Assembly (NCBI GenBank): GCA_963627885.1
Contig: CAVGCT010000019.1
Coordinates: forward strand, 391-64,390
Origin: a bacterium
Lineage (GTDB): Bacteria; Bacteroidota; Bacteroidia; Bacteroidales; UBA932
Reading direction: 5' to 3'
DNA length: 64,000 nucleotides
Below the pieces are notes generated by a model. The model had not been told where the DNA came from, made no database searches, and saw nothing but the letters and a program-made list of their open reading frames with translations. The first letter of the stretch is position 1. Every line of letters begins with the position of its first letter. The position numbers and the translations under genes were made by a program. Below are positions 37,090 to 45,820 of this stretch, one piece after another.

Positions 37090-38319
37090 ATGGAACAACT
37101 TAAGAAACCGAACTACACGTTCGCTCTTATCGTACTGTTCGTCGTATGCTTCCTCATCGGATTCATCACGACAATGAACAACTCAATGATCACATTCTGC
37201 ACCAAGGCGTTCAACCTGACCGCACAGCAGGGGCAGTATGTCAATACAGCCTTCTATGGCGCCTACCTCCTCAGCATACCTTTCGCATTGCTGATGAACA
37301 AGATAGGTTATAAGGGAACTCTGCTTCTCGGTCTGGCCGTCGCCGGCGTGGGCTTTGTGGTGAACTCCCTCGGAATCACATCCGCAGTCAATTCCGGAGC
37401 AAACGTCTATCCGGTGTTCCTCGCCTGCATGTGCCTCGTGGCCTGCGGCGTCGTGATGCTCCAGAACGTGACCAACCCCTATGTGATGGTTCTCGGCTCC
37501 CCTGAGAAAGGCGCGTTCCGCATGACTCTCAGCCAGGCGCTCAACTCGGTGGCCACCACCCTCGCACCCCTCTTCATCACCTACGTGATCATCAGGGGCC
37601 AGGCTCCCGCCCCGTCCGCAGTGCCCGGACCATTCCTCGGACTCGGAATTTTCACTCTCATCATCGGTCTCATCCTGGTGGCCCTGAAGCTCCCCAAGAT
37701 TGATGAAGGCAAGCAGGCTGAAGAGGCCGGCATCCACCGCGAGTACAAGAGCAGCGTCTTCAAATATCCCCACGTCTGGCTCGGTGCCCTCGGAATCTTC
37801 ATGTATATGGGTGTCGAAATCGGTGTGCCTTCAATGCTTCCCTATAAATTCCGTGACCTTCTCGGCGCAGAATCCGACTACACCGCCGTCGCCACCAGCT
37901 ACCTCGCATTCTACTGGGGCGGCATGATGGTGGGTAGGTTCATCGGAGCCGGCATCCTCGCCAAGTTCGAACCCCGCAAGCTTCTTGCCGCATGCGTCGC
38001 CCTCGGCGCCGTCTGCATCCTCCTCAGCGTGGTGCTTCCCGGATATGCCGGAATCTATGCGATGATCGCAGCCGGCCTGTTCCACTCCGTGATGTGGCCT
38101 CTGGTCTTCAACCTCGGCCTCCAGGAGCTCGGCCCCCACACCAAGTCCGCCACCGGAATCATCAACACAGGTGTCATCGGCGCCGCCATCCTCACCCCCA
38201 TCATGGGCGGCATAGTGGACGGTGTCGGAGTCATTGTGGCTTCATGCTGCCTCTTCATTTTCTACGCTTACCTCATCTGGTTCTGCTTCAAGGGATCCAG
38301 GATAGGCCTGAGCAAATAA
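37090..38319 (+). CDS. MFS sugar transporter (glucose/galactose or fucose permease family)
   Basis: 409 aa, 12 TM. N-terminus ALIVLFVVCFLIGFITTMNNSMI... is typical of the GluP/FucP family. Confidence 0.8.
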   Translation: MEQLKKPNYTFALIVLFVVCFLIGFITTMNNSMITFCTKAFNLTAQQGQYVNTAFYGAYLLSIPFALLMNKIGYKGTLLLGLAVAGVGFVVNSLGITSAVNSGANVYPVFLACMCLVACGVVMLQNVTNPYVMVLGSPEKGAFRMTLSQALNSVATTLAPLFITYVIIRGQAPAPSAVPGPFLGLGIFTLIIGLILVALKLPKIDEGKQAEEAGIHREYKSSVFKYPHVWLGALGIFMYMGVEIGVPSMLPYKFRDLLGAESDYTAVATSYLAFYWGGMMVGRFIGAGILAKFEPRKLLAACVALGAVCILLSVVLPGYAGIYAMIAAGLFHSVMWPLVFNLGLQELGPHTKSATGIINTGVIGAAILTPIMGGIVDGVGVIVASCCLFIFYAYLIWFCFKGSRIGLSK

Positions 38320-38330
38320 GCGATGAAATA

Positions 38331-38380
38331 CCGAAGGGGTTGACCAGAAAGTATTTTTTGGCCAACCCCTTCGGGCTTTT
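38331..38380 (+). terminator. intrinsic terminator after the MFS sugar transporter gene
   Basis: CCGAAGGGGTTGACCAGAAA-loop-TTTTTTGGCCAACCCCTTCGG followed by GCTTTT. Confidence 0.75.
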
Positions 38381-38442
38381 CAGCCCCGGCTGACTGCCCT
38401 AGCGCCCTTTTTCTTTAGACTCTGTTTCGAAATGGTTCTAAT

Positions 38443-39399
38443 ATGGAGAAGAATTTTGTTGTCGGAATCGACATAGGAGGACAGACCTCCAAGATCGGAG
38501 TGGTGGATGCCGACGGAAACATACTGGACCGTGCCGTCATAAGGACGGACTCCTATGGCGACGACGCCGACGCCTATCTGTCGGCCCTCGCCGACGCCGT
38601 GACCGGGCTCGTGGCCAGGACAGGGAAAACCGGCCAGATCCGCGGCATAGGAGCCTGCGCCCCTGACGGAAACTACTACACGGGAGCCATCTCGTACACC
38701 CCCAATATCGTATGGGCCGAGAACCGCACTGTGGATTTCAACGGCAAGTTTTCCGCCGCTCTCGGGGGGATTCCGGTCATGCTGACCAACGACGCCAACG
38801 CCGCCGCCGTGGGGGAAATGACCTATGGGGCGGCAAAAGGCATGAAGCATTTCATCATGATCACCCTCGGCACCGGACTCGGCAGCGGAATAGTGATCGA
38901 CGGAAAAGTGGTCTATGGCTATGACGGATTCGCCGGCGAGCTGGGCCACATCTGCGCAGTGAGGGAGAACGGCCGGCTTTGCGGATGCGGAAAGACAGGC
39001 TGCCTGGAAGCCTACTGCTCGGCCACCGGAGTCGCACGCACGGCCCGTGAATGGCTTTACGGTTCGGACGAGCCGTCGCTTCTGAGAGGTATCGAAAAGG
39101 TGAGTTCGAAAGATGTCTATGACGCGGCAAAGGCAGGCGACGCCCTTTCCTTACGCATCTTCGAATACACCGGGCGCATGCTCGGCCAGTCGTTCGCCGA
39201 CTTCATAGCATTCAGCGCGCCGCAGGCCATAATTCTTTTCGGAGGACTGGCCAGAGCCGGAGAGTTCCTTTACGGACCTATTGTCAAGGCCATGAACGAA
39301 AACGTGATGCCGATCTGGAAAAACCGGGTCCGGATCATGTTCTCGCAACTCAAGGAGTCCGACGCCGCCATTCTCGGGGCATCGGCGCTCATCTGGTGA
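38443..39399 (+). CDS. ROK family sugar kinase (glucokinase-like)
   Basis: 318 aa. GIDIGGQTSK ATP motif and ROK zinc motif CGCGKTGCLEAYCS. Confidence 0.85.
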   Translation: MEKNFVVGIDIGGQTSKIGVVDADGNILDRAVIRTDSYGDDADAYLSALADAVTGLVARTGKTGQIRGIGACAPDGNYYTGAISYTPNIVWAENRTVDFNGKFSAALGGIPVMLTNDANAAAVGEMTYGAAKGMKHFIMITLGTGLGSGIVIDGKVVYGYDGFAGELGHICAVRENGRLCGCGKTGCLEAYCSATGVARTAREWLYGSDEPSLLRGIEKVSSKDVYDAAKAGDALSLRIFEYTGRMLGQSFADFIAFSAPQAIILFGGLARAGEFLYGPIVKAMNENVMPIWKNRVRIMFSQLKESDAAILGASALIW

Positions 39400-39417
39400 T
39401 CAGACCGCAGATTCGCT

Positions 39418-40344
39418 TTACCAGCCCTTCCTGACGTTCTCGGCTATACCGTGTGCAAGTCGCTCGCGCGCTTCGAAGGTGGCCCATGCGACATGAGGCG
39501 AGAAGATGATCCTGCTCATATCCTTAAGATGCAGCAGGGGGCTGTCAGCCGGCAGCGGTTCCTTCTCATAAACGTCTATGGCCGCGCCCTTTATGAGGCC
39601 TTCGTCCAGAGCTCTGGCAAGATCGGTCTCCACTTCGATTCCTCCCCTTCCGGTGTTGACCAGCACGGCCGACCTCTTCATCATCTTGAACTGATCATAG
39701 CCGATGAGCCCGGCCGTATCCCCGTTGTAAGGGGCATGGATCGAAATTATGTCCGAAGTCCTGAGCAGTTCCTCAAGCCCCACGCAGGGATAGTCCTTGC
39801 AGTGGCCCGTGCCTGAAGTCGAATAATATATCACCTTCATTCCGAAGGCCTTGCCAAGGGAGGCGACCTTCTGGCCTATGGCGCCCATGCCCACTATTCC
39901 AAGCACCTTGCCCACGCTTTCCTCAAAGGGGCAGGTCGAGAGCGTGTGGATCCTTCCTCTTGAATAGGCGCCCGACTTCACATGGCTGTCATAGAGAAAT
40001 GCGTTACCCAACAGGTTGAGTATATGCATAAAAGTGCACTGGGCAACCGAGTCGGTGGAATAGGCCGCCACATTTCTCACTATGACGCCCCTTCTGGAGC
40101 ACGCGTCCACATCTATGTTGTTGATGCCGGTCCCGGCCTCGCAGATGAGCTTGACCTTCGGGGCATGGTCGAGAAATTCATCGTCGACGCGCACCTTGTT
40201 CAGGACCACGACGTCGCAGTCCGAGCATCTTTCCAGAGACTGCTCTCTGGTGCTGTCCTGATAGCTTATGTATTCTCCCTGTGCGGCTGTTTCCGCCATA
40301 GAGGTGTCGCCCATGGTGGCGGCGTCAAGAAATACGATTTTCAT
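39418..40344 (-). CDS. D-2-hydroxyacid dehydrogenase (glycerate dehydrogenase-like)
   Basis: 308 aa. NAD motif GIVGMGAIGQKV and catalytic NTGRG ... SPHVAW. Confidence 0.85.
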   Translation of the reverse strand: MKIVFLDAATMGDTSMAETAAQGEYISYQDSTREQSLERCSDCDVVVLNKVRVDDEFLDHAPKVKLICEAGTGINNIDVDACSRRGVIVRNVAAYSTDSVAQCTFMHILNLLGNAFLYDSHVKSGAYSRGRIHTLSTCPFEESVGKVLGIVGMGAIGQKVASLGKAFGMKVIYYSTSGTGHCKDYPCVGLEELLRTSDIISIHAPYNGDTAGLIGYDQFKMMKRSAVLVNTGRGGIEVETDLARALDEGLIKGAAIDVYEKEPLPADSPLLHLKDMSRIIFSPHVAWATFEARERLAHGIAENVRKGW

Positions 40345-40347
40345 GCT

Positions 40348-42045
40348 TTATACAGTTTTGCGGGCCTTGAGGAATTCAGTGCATTCCTCGAAAGTGGCGA
40401 AGGTGTGGTTCTCGGGGACGAGCGCGGGGATGACATCCATCTTCTTCAGCAGATATTTCGGCTGAGGCTGGATGATCGTCATAAGCACAAGCTTCCCCTT
40501 GGCCTGAAGATCCTTTATGGCGGTCTCCATCGCATAGACACCGCTCTGGTCCATGAACTTGACGCGCCTCATCCTCAAAATCACCACGTCGGAATCCTCC
40601 GGCACTTCCTGCATCACCTGATTGAATCCGGTGACGGAGCCGAAGAATATGGGGCCGTCGAAACGCTTGATGCAGATCTTGTTCTTGATTTCCTCCGGCA
40701 GGCCTGCCTCATCGGCCCAGGGGCTTTCGGTATCGGTCGCCTTCATGGAAACATAGCCGCCTTCGGCGAGATCGCCCATCCTCTTCATGAAGAGCACGCA
40801 GGCGATCACCATGCCTATGCCCACCGCGGTGAGAAGGTCCACGAAGACCGTGACCAGGAACACTATGACAAGTACTACGGCATCCTCGCGCGGGATCTTC
40901 CGAAGGTCACGGAATCCCTTGAAATCTATGATGCCCCAGCCTACGGTGATGAGAATGCCCGCAAGCACCGCCAGCGGCACATATTTCACAAGCGCGCCAA
41001 GTCCGAGAAGGATGGCGAGGAGAAATAGTGCGTGGATCATTCCTGACAGCTGGGTGCGTCCGCCGCTCTTCACGTTCACCACCGTACGCATGGTGGCGCC
41101 GGCGCCGGCGATGCCGCAGAACAGTCCGGACACGGCATTGCCTATGCCCTGGCCGATAAGTTCCTTATTGGAGTTGTGTCTGGTCTTGGTGATGTTGTCG
41201 GCGACCACCGATGTGAGAAGCGTGTCTATGCTGCCCAGACCGGCGAGGGTGAGGCCGGGAATGGCCGCCGTCCCGATCATCGTCCACCAGTCGATGCCGG
41301 CGAGCGATACGCCTTCCTTGGCGAAGAAAGGCATGGGAAGGCCGGCGGGAATGTCTCCGATGGTGAGAGTCTTGTCAATTCCCATGAACAGCGACGCCAC
41401 GGTCATCACTATGAGAGCCACCAGCGTGGACGGGATCTTTGCGGTGACCTTGGGGAAAAGCTGGATGATGAGTATGGTCGCGACACCCAGAGCAAGCGCC
41501 GCCCAGGATATGCCGCCCTGTATGCGCGCAGGGAACTGAGTGATCATGTCTATGGTCTGCACCGGGCTTTTGAGGCCTATGAGCGGATAGATCTGCTGCA
41601 GGATGATGATCACTCCTATTCCGGACATGAAGCCGGAGAGAACCGGATAAGGAATATAGCGCACATATTTGCCTATCCTCATGATTCCGAATAGTATCTG
41701 GAACAGCCCGCAGAAGATTCCTGCCATGGACATGGTGAGCAGGACGACGGAGAAGTCGCCGTTGCTTGAGGCCCATGCGCCGGAGATGAGGGAGGCGGAA
41801 ATGACCGTCATAGGTCCGGTGGGGCCTGAAATCTGCGAATGGGTGCCGCCGAAAAGTGAAGCGAAGAAGCCGAGAAGCGTCGCTCCCACAAGTCCGGCGA
41901 GGGCGCCCATGGACGCGGCGCCGGGGTCATCGATACCTCCGAAGGCCTGAATGCCGAAGGCAAGGGCCAAAGGGAGAGCGACTATGCCCGCGGTGATTCC
42001 GCCGAAAATGTCGCCTTTGAGATTTTTGGTAGTAAGAACTGCCAT
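40348..42045 (-). CDS. SulP family inorganic anion transporter with STAS domain
   Basis: 565 aa. N-terminal GDIFGGITAGIVALPLALAFG and a C-terminal STAS-like region. Confidence 0.9.
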   Translation of the reverse strand: MAVLTTKNLKGDIFGGITAGIVALPLALAFGIQAFGGIDDPGAASMGALAGLVGATLLGFFASLFGGTHSQISGPTGPMTVISASLISGAWASSNGDFSVVLLTMSMAGIFCGLFQILFGIMRIGKYVRYIPYPVLSGFMSGIGVIIILQQIYPLIGLKSPVQTIDMITQFPARIQGGISWAALALGVATILIIQLFPKVTAKIPSTLVALIVMTVASLFMGIDKTLTIGDIPAGLPMPFFAKEGVSLAGIDWWTMIGTAAIPGLTLAGLGSIDTLLTSVVADNITKTRHNSNKELIGQGIGNAVSGLFCGIAGAGATMRTVVNVKSGGRTQLSGMIHALFLLAILLGLGALVKYVPLAVLAGILITVGWGIIDFKGFRDLRKIPREDAVVLVIVFLVTVFVDLLTAVGIGMVIACVLFMKRMGDLAEGGYVSMKATDTESPWADEAGLPEEIKNKICIKRFDGPIFFGSVTGFNQVMQEVPEDSDVVILRMRRVKFMDQSGVYAMETAIKDLQAKGKLVLMTIIQPQPKYLLKKMDVIPALVPENHTFATFEECTEFLKARKTV

Positions 42046-42077
42046 GTCTGAAAACTTATACTTGAAATTTACCGGTG

Positions 42078-42085
42078 CAAAGGTA
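42078..42085 (-). promoter_or_regulatory. -7 promoter box TACCTTTG upstream of sulP
   Basis: TAnnTTTG match on the minus strand, 33 nt upstream of ATG 42045 and just downstream of the receptor terminator. Confidence 0.45.
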
Positions 42086-42128
42086 ATAAAATAAGATTAA
42101 CCGGCCTGCGTGGCCTAAGAAGCCAAAA

Positions 42129-42160
42129 GGGGCTGGCCAAAGAGTGATCTGGCCAGCCCC
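42129..42160 (-). terminator. intrinsic terminator after the TonB-dependent receptor gene
   Basis: GGGGCTGGCCA-loop-TGGCCAGCCCC. On the minus strand it is followed by TTTTGG. Confidence 0.7.
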
Positions 42161-42182
42161 TCCATATTATGGACAGCTTATG

Positions 42183-45100
42183 CTAGAAGCTGTACTTGAC
42201 GGTGAACATCATATTCCATGTGGACAGAGTGCTGTTGTACTTGGTCCAGGTGGGCTTGGTGAAAGTATACGTGCCGCTGTTGTACTTGAGGATCTGGTCG
42301 GAGCTCATGTACTGAAGAGTTCCCCAGTCGCTGTTCAGGAGGTTGGCGACGTTGTTGATGTCAACGGCGAGCTGGAGGTCGTGAACCTTCTTGCCGCAGT
42401 TGAGCTTGAAGTCCTGAGCGACCTTGACATTGAATCTGCTGACCCAAGGCATGGTCATGGCTCCTCTGGTGGAGTACTCGCCCCTGTGGTTCTTAAGATA
42501 CTTGTCGCTGGCAAGGAACTCCTTGTAGGCGGCCTTGTTCTCCTCGGAAGAGAAGGTCATGGACGAAAGCTCGGAATCGGTGGGGATGTAGACCAGGTTG
42601 TTGGCGCCGCCGTCACCGGTGACGTTGTTCATCGTATAGGAATACCTGGTGTAGGAGTATCCGCTGATGTAACCATAGTTATATCCCTCGTAGAAGAGAC
42701 CCAGAGTGGTGGCGAGATGCTTGCCCTCGTTGATCCTGTAGCTGACGTTGGCGATGGCGCGGTTAGGCGAGACATAGGTGCCGTGGCCGAGTTCAGGAGT
42801 CTTGGAGCCCATGGAGTTGTAGGTCATGGTGTTGTAGGCGGAGCTGATCTGGTCGCCGACAGCGTCGGAGAGAGTCTTGCTGTCGCTCCTGGTGTAGGCT
42901 GCCATGAGGGAGAGTCCGAAGGGGAATTCCTTCTGCAGCTGTGCGGTGATGGAGTAGTACCAGCCGTGAATGTCGTTCACATTGTAGAGGTAGTAGGGAT
43001 TCACGCTCTGGTTCTTGCTGTTCTTGAGACCCTCGGAAACCCATGTGGGACGGGACTTGCTCTCACCGGGGAGAGTGACGCCCGAGCCTTCCACAAGACC
43101 GAGCTTGTCAACATAGACCGAATTCAGGTCGTAGTTGTAGATACCCTCGACGGTTCCCTTGATACCCCAGGGGAGCCTGATGTCAAGAGCGAGGGAAGAC
43201 TTCCATGTCGTGGGCATCTTGAGGTTCTTGTCCAGGATGGTCGCTCCGGTGGGGGCATAGAGATCCTGAGCGGTGAAGGTGCCGCCATAGAGGTCTTTGA
43301 GGATGTCGGTCGTATTGGTATGGAATCTGGGAGCGCCGGTTGCGGTCGCACCCACTTCGCTGGTGGAAGTTATGTACTGAGCCTGCAGGCAGTTGCTGTT
43401 TCCGGCCACGGACACGATCCAGACGAAAGGAATTCTGCCGGTGTAGATACCCGAACCTCCGCGGAGGACAAGGCTTCTGTTGTGCAGAACATCCCAGTTG
43501 AAACCGATACGGGGCGAGAGGTTGACCCTGCTGCGGGGCATATCGGAGGTCTTGTGACCATAGAGGGTGGTGCCGGGAGTTCCGAGAGCGGTGAATTCCT
43601 TGTTCTCGTTATTGTCGAGTGTAGGATAGATCGGGAGCTCGAAACGGAGACCTGCGGTGAGCTTGAACCAGTCGCTGAAGCTTACCTCGTCCTGAAGATA
43701 CCAGGAAGCCTGCATATATTCAAAGGAAGGATAAACCTGCTTCAGGTCATTGCGGTTGGAATGGGTGATAGCGAAAGCCGCAGGAGCGGCGTCGTTCTTG
43801 AAGTCCTCCCAGGAGTTGTAGACATAGTAGCCGAGACCGCCCTGCATGAAGCCGTTCTTGGTCTTGTTCCACTCGAACTGGGCACCGGCGATGATGTTGT
43901 GTATGCCCATTCTCCAGCTGACCTCGTCGGTGCCGATTATGGTGTGCACGTCACGGAGGTTACCGTAGGTGAAGGGGTCGGGACCGAAGGAGGTGATGAG
44001 AGCTCTGGTCTCTCCGCCGAGATCCTGTCCGGTATAGTCGGTGGTGATGTTACCGAGAATGTCCACAGTGGGGAAGTTGCCTCCCACAAAGCTGCGGGGC
44101 TCGTTCTGATGCGACCAGGTGAAACGGAGAAGGTTGTTCAGACGACCTTCGACGAAACGGGAGTTGAGCTCGGCCGCAAGGGACATGAAGTTCTGCTCCT
44201 GATAGTAGCGGTTGCTCTCGAAGTACTGGGCGTAGCTCGAAGTTCTGCCGTAGGCGTTTCTGTTGTAGGGGTTGGGAGAAAGCGGGTTCACCGAAGAGGA
44301 AGGAGAAGACGAATACTTGTTCATCGTCTGGCTGTAGCGGACGTTGAGCTTGTTGTTGTCGTTGATGTTCCAGTCCACACGGGCAAGGAGCTTCCAGTCG
44401 GGAGTCTTGAGGGAATATCCCTCATAGCGTCCGGGGTTGTAGCCGTATTTCTCGGAAAGGAAGGTTTTCACTTCCTCCATGAAGGCCTGGGTGGGGCGGA
44501 CCACTCCGGTGCTGCCGCCGAAAGCCTCGCTGTCGTTCTGACGGACTCTCTTGGAAGAGCCGGGAGTGTTGTCGAGGGAATACTCGAAGTTGACGAAGAC
44601 GAAGAGCTTGTTCTTGATGATGGGAGCGCCGATGGTCACGCCGGTGACGTTGTCAAGATAGTTGGTCTTGTTGACCTCGGTGTCGCCGACCTTATAGCCG
44701 GTGATCTCGTCTGCCTTGAAGTAGTTGTAGACAGATGCGTGAAGCTCGTTGGTACCGCTCTTGGTCACCGCATTGATGGCACCGCCGGTGAATCCGGACT
44801 GACGGACATCAAAAGGAGTGATGTTGATGCTCATCTGCTCAATGGCGTCCATGGAGATGGGGGTTCCGCCGGCAGGCAGGTTGGAGCCGATTCCGAAGGC
44901 ATTGTTGAAAGCGGCGCCGTCCACGGTCACATAGGAGGAACGGTAGTTGCCGCCGCCGACTGCGAGACCGTTGGAGGTCACGGATGCCTGAGGAGTGAGC
45001 TTGAGCACGTCATTGAGAGTACGTGAGGAGGTAGGGAGGGTCTGCATGGTCTTCTGGCTCACGGCTGTTCCGACACCGGAACGGTCAATGTTCATACTGG

Positions 45101-45482
45101 AAGAAGAACCGTCCGCAACGATGACCGTGGCGTCAAGACCCATGGACTCCACCTCGAGGTTTGCGTTGACATTTACCACCTCGGTAAGAGGGGCATAGAC
45201 TTCGGAATACTCCACCTTCTTGTAACCGAGCATTTCGATGGAGACCGTGTAGGGGCCGCCAGGGGTGATGGAGTTGATTCGGTAAGCACCGTTCGCGTCA
45301 GTAACGGTGTAGTAGTTTGATCCGGAAGGAGTGTAAGTGGCGATGACGGCGGCTCCTGCGACGGGGCCTTCGGCATCGGTCACCTTTCCGGCAATCGATG
45401 AAGTTGTCACCTGGGACCAGGCGGCAGTTCCGGCAGTCAGTGCGATGACCGCGAGAACAAATTTCTTGAGAACTTTTCTCAT
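42183..45482 (-). CDS. TonB-dependent receptor with N-terminal carboxypeptidase-regulatory-like domain (Oar-like)
   Basis: 1099 aa. Signal peptide, SIAGKVTDAEGPVAGAAV (CarbopepD_reg-like), plug region, and C-terminal ...FTVKYSF. No SusD-like partner nearby. Confidence 0.88.
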   Translation of the reverse strand: MRKVLKKFVLAVIALTAGTAAWSQVTTSSIAGKVTDAEGPVAGAAVIATYTPSGSNYYTVTDANGAYRINSITPGGPYTVSIEMLGYKKVEYSEVYAPLTEVVNVNANLEVESMGLDATVIVADGSSSSMNIDRSGVGTAVSQKTMQTLPTSSRTLNDVLKLTPQASVTSNGLAVGGGNYRSSYVTVDGAAFNNAFGIGSNLPAGGTPISMDAIEQMSINITPFDVRQSGFTGGAINAVTKSGTNELHASVYNYFKADEITGYKVGDTEVNKTNYLDNVTGVTIGAPIIKNKLFVFVNFEYSLDNTPGSSKRVRQNDSEAFGGSTGVVRPTQAFMEEVKTFLSEKYGYNPGRYEGYSLKTPDWKLLARVDWNINDNNKLNVRYSQTMNKYSSSPSSSVNPLSPNPYNRNAYGRTSSYAQYFESNRYYQEQNFMSLAAELNSRFVEGRLNNLLRFTWSHQNEPRSFVGGNFPTVDILGNITTDYTGQDLGGETRALITSFGPDPFTYGNLRDVHTIIGTDEVSWRMGIHNIIAGAQFEWNKTKNGFMQGGLGYYVYNSWEDFKNDAAPAAFAITHSNRNDLKQVYPSFEYMQASWYLQDEVSFSDWFKLTAGLRFELPIYPTLDNNENKEFTALGTPGTTLYGHKTSDMPRSRVNLSPRIGFNWDVLHNRSLVLRGGSGIYTGRIPFVWIVSVAGNSNCLQAQYITSTSEVGATATGAPRFHTNTTDILKDLYGGTFTAQDLYAPTGATILDKNLKMPTTWKSSLALDIRLPWGIKGTVEGIYNYDLNSVYVDKLGLVEGSGVTLPGESKSRPTWVSEGLKNSKNQSVNPYYLYNVNDIHGWYYSITAQLQKEFPFGLSLMAAYTRSDSKTLSDAVGDQISSAYNTMTYNSMGSKTPELGHGTYVSPNRAIANVSYRINEGKHLATTLGLFYEGYNYGYISGYSYTRYSYTMNNVTGDGGANNLVYIPTDSELSSMTFSSEENKAAYKEFLASDKYLKNHRGEYSTRGAMTMPWVSRFNVKVAQDFKLNCGKKVHDLQLAVDINNVANLLNSDWGTLQYMSSDQILKYNSGTYTFTKPTWTKYNSTLSTWNMMFTVKYSF

Positions 45483-45527
45483 CTTAAAATAGGTATAGAA
45501 TAAGTAATTGCTTCTTCAATCCGCCGC

Positions 45528-45535
45528 AAAGATAG
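45528..45535 (-). promoter_or_regulatory. -7 promoter box TATCTTTG upstream of the TonB-dependent receptor
   Basis: TAnnTTTG match on the minus strand, 46 nt upstream of ATG 45482. Confidence 0.45.
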
Positions 45536-45659
45536 GTCTATTTCGTTAAAATTTTAATACAAACGCTTAATTTTTTATATGAAACCATAACAATCATGTA
45601 CAGCTCCCGGAAGAAATGAAAAAAATCTCCGCAAATTTGGAAATAAACAAAGACCGCTA

Positions 45660-45667
45660 TAACTTTG
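45660..45667 (+). promoter_or_regulatory. -7 promoter box TAACTTTG driving the metK leader
   Basis: TAnnTTTG match with a TTTG at 45636-45639 (-33-like, 20-nt spacer). 154 nt upstream of ATG 45821. Confidence 0.5.
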
Positions 45668-45672
45668 CACCT

Positions 45673-45779
45673 TGGAATGTGGATAGATTTGATTGCTTGC
45701 AACCACGTAAAAAAATGCTAAAAACTGCACTTTTGGTTTTTTGTGTTGTTACGCTCCGCATTCCGCGCGGAGTTTTTTT
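45673..45779 (+). promoter_or_regulatory. structured metK 5' leader ending in an intrinsic terminator (candidate SAM-responsive riboswitch/attenuator, class unresolved)
   Basis: Helix AUGUGG (45677-82) / CCACGU (45703-08) encloses a U-rich 20-nt loop containing AUUGC. An A-rich tract GUAAAAAAAUGCUAAAAA follows, then the terminator at 45754-45779, about 40 nt before the ATG. Confidence 0.4.
45754..45779 (+). terminator. intrinsic terminator inside the metK leader
   Basis: CTCCGC-ATTCCGC-GCGGAG followed by TTTTTTT (45773-45779). Confidence 0.6.
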
Positions 45780-45820
45780 GTGCCCTTCCGCAGGCACGGG
45801 ACAATGTAACAGACAATATC

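Noticed and set aside
42144-45026. 960-aa plus-strand ORF antisense to the TonB-dependent receptor gene
   Set aside because: It is Gly/Val/Glu/Asp/Leu-rich with no recognisable motif, and it exactly shadows a strongly supported gene. This is the typical antisense open frame of a G+C-rich, codon-biased gene.
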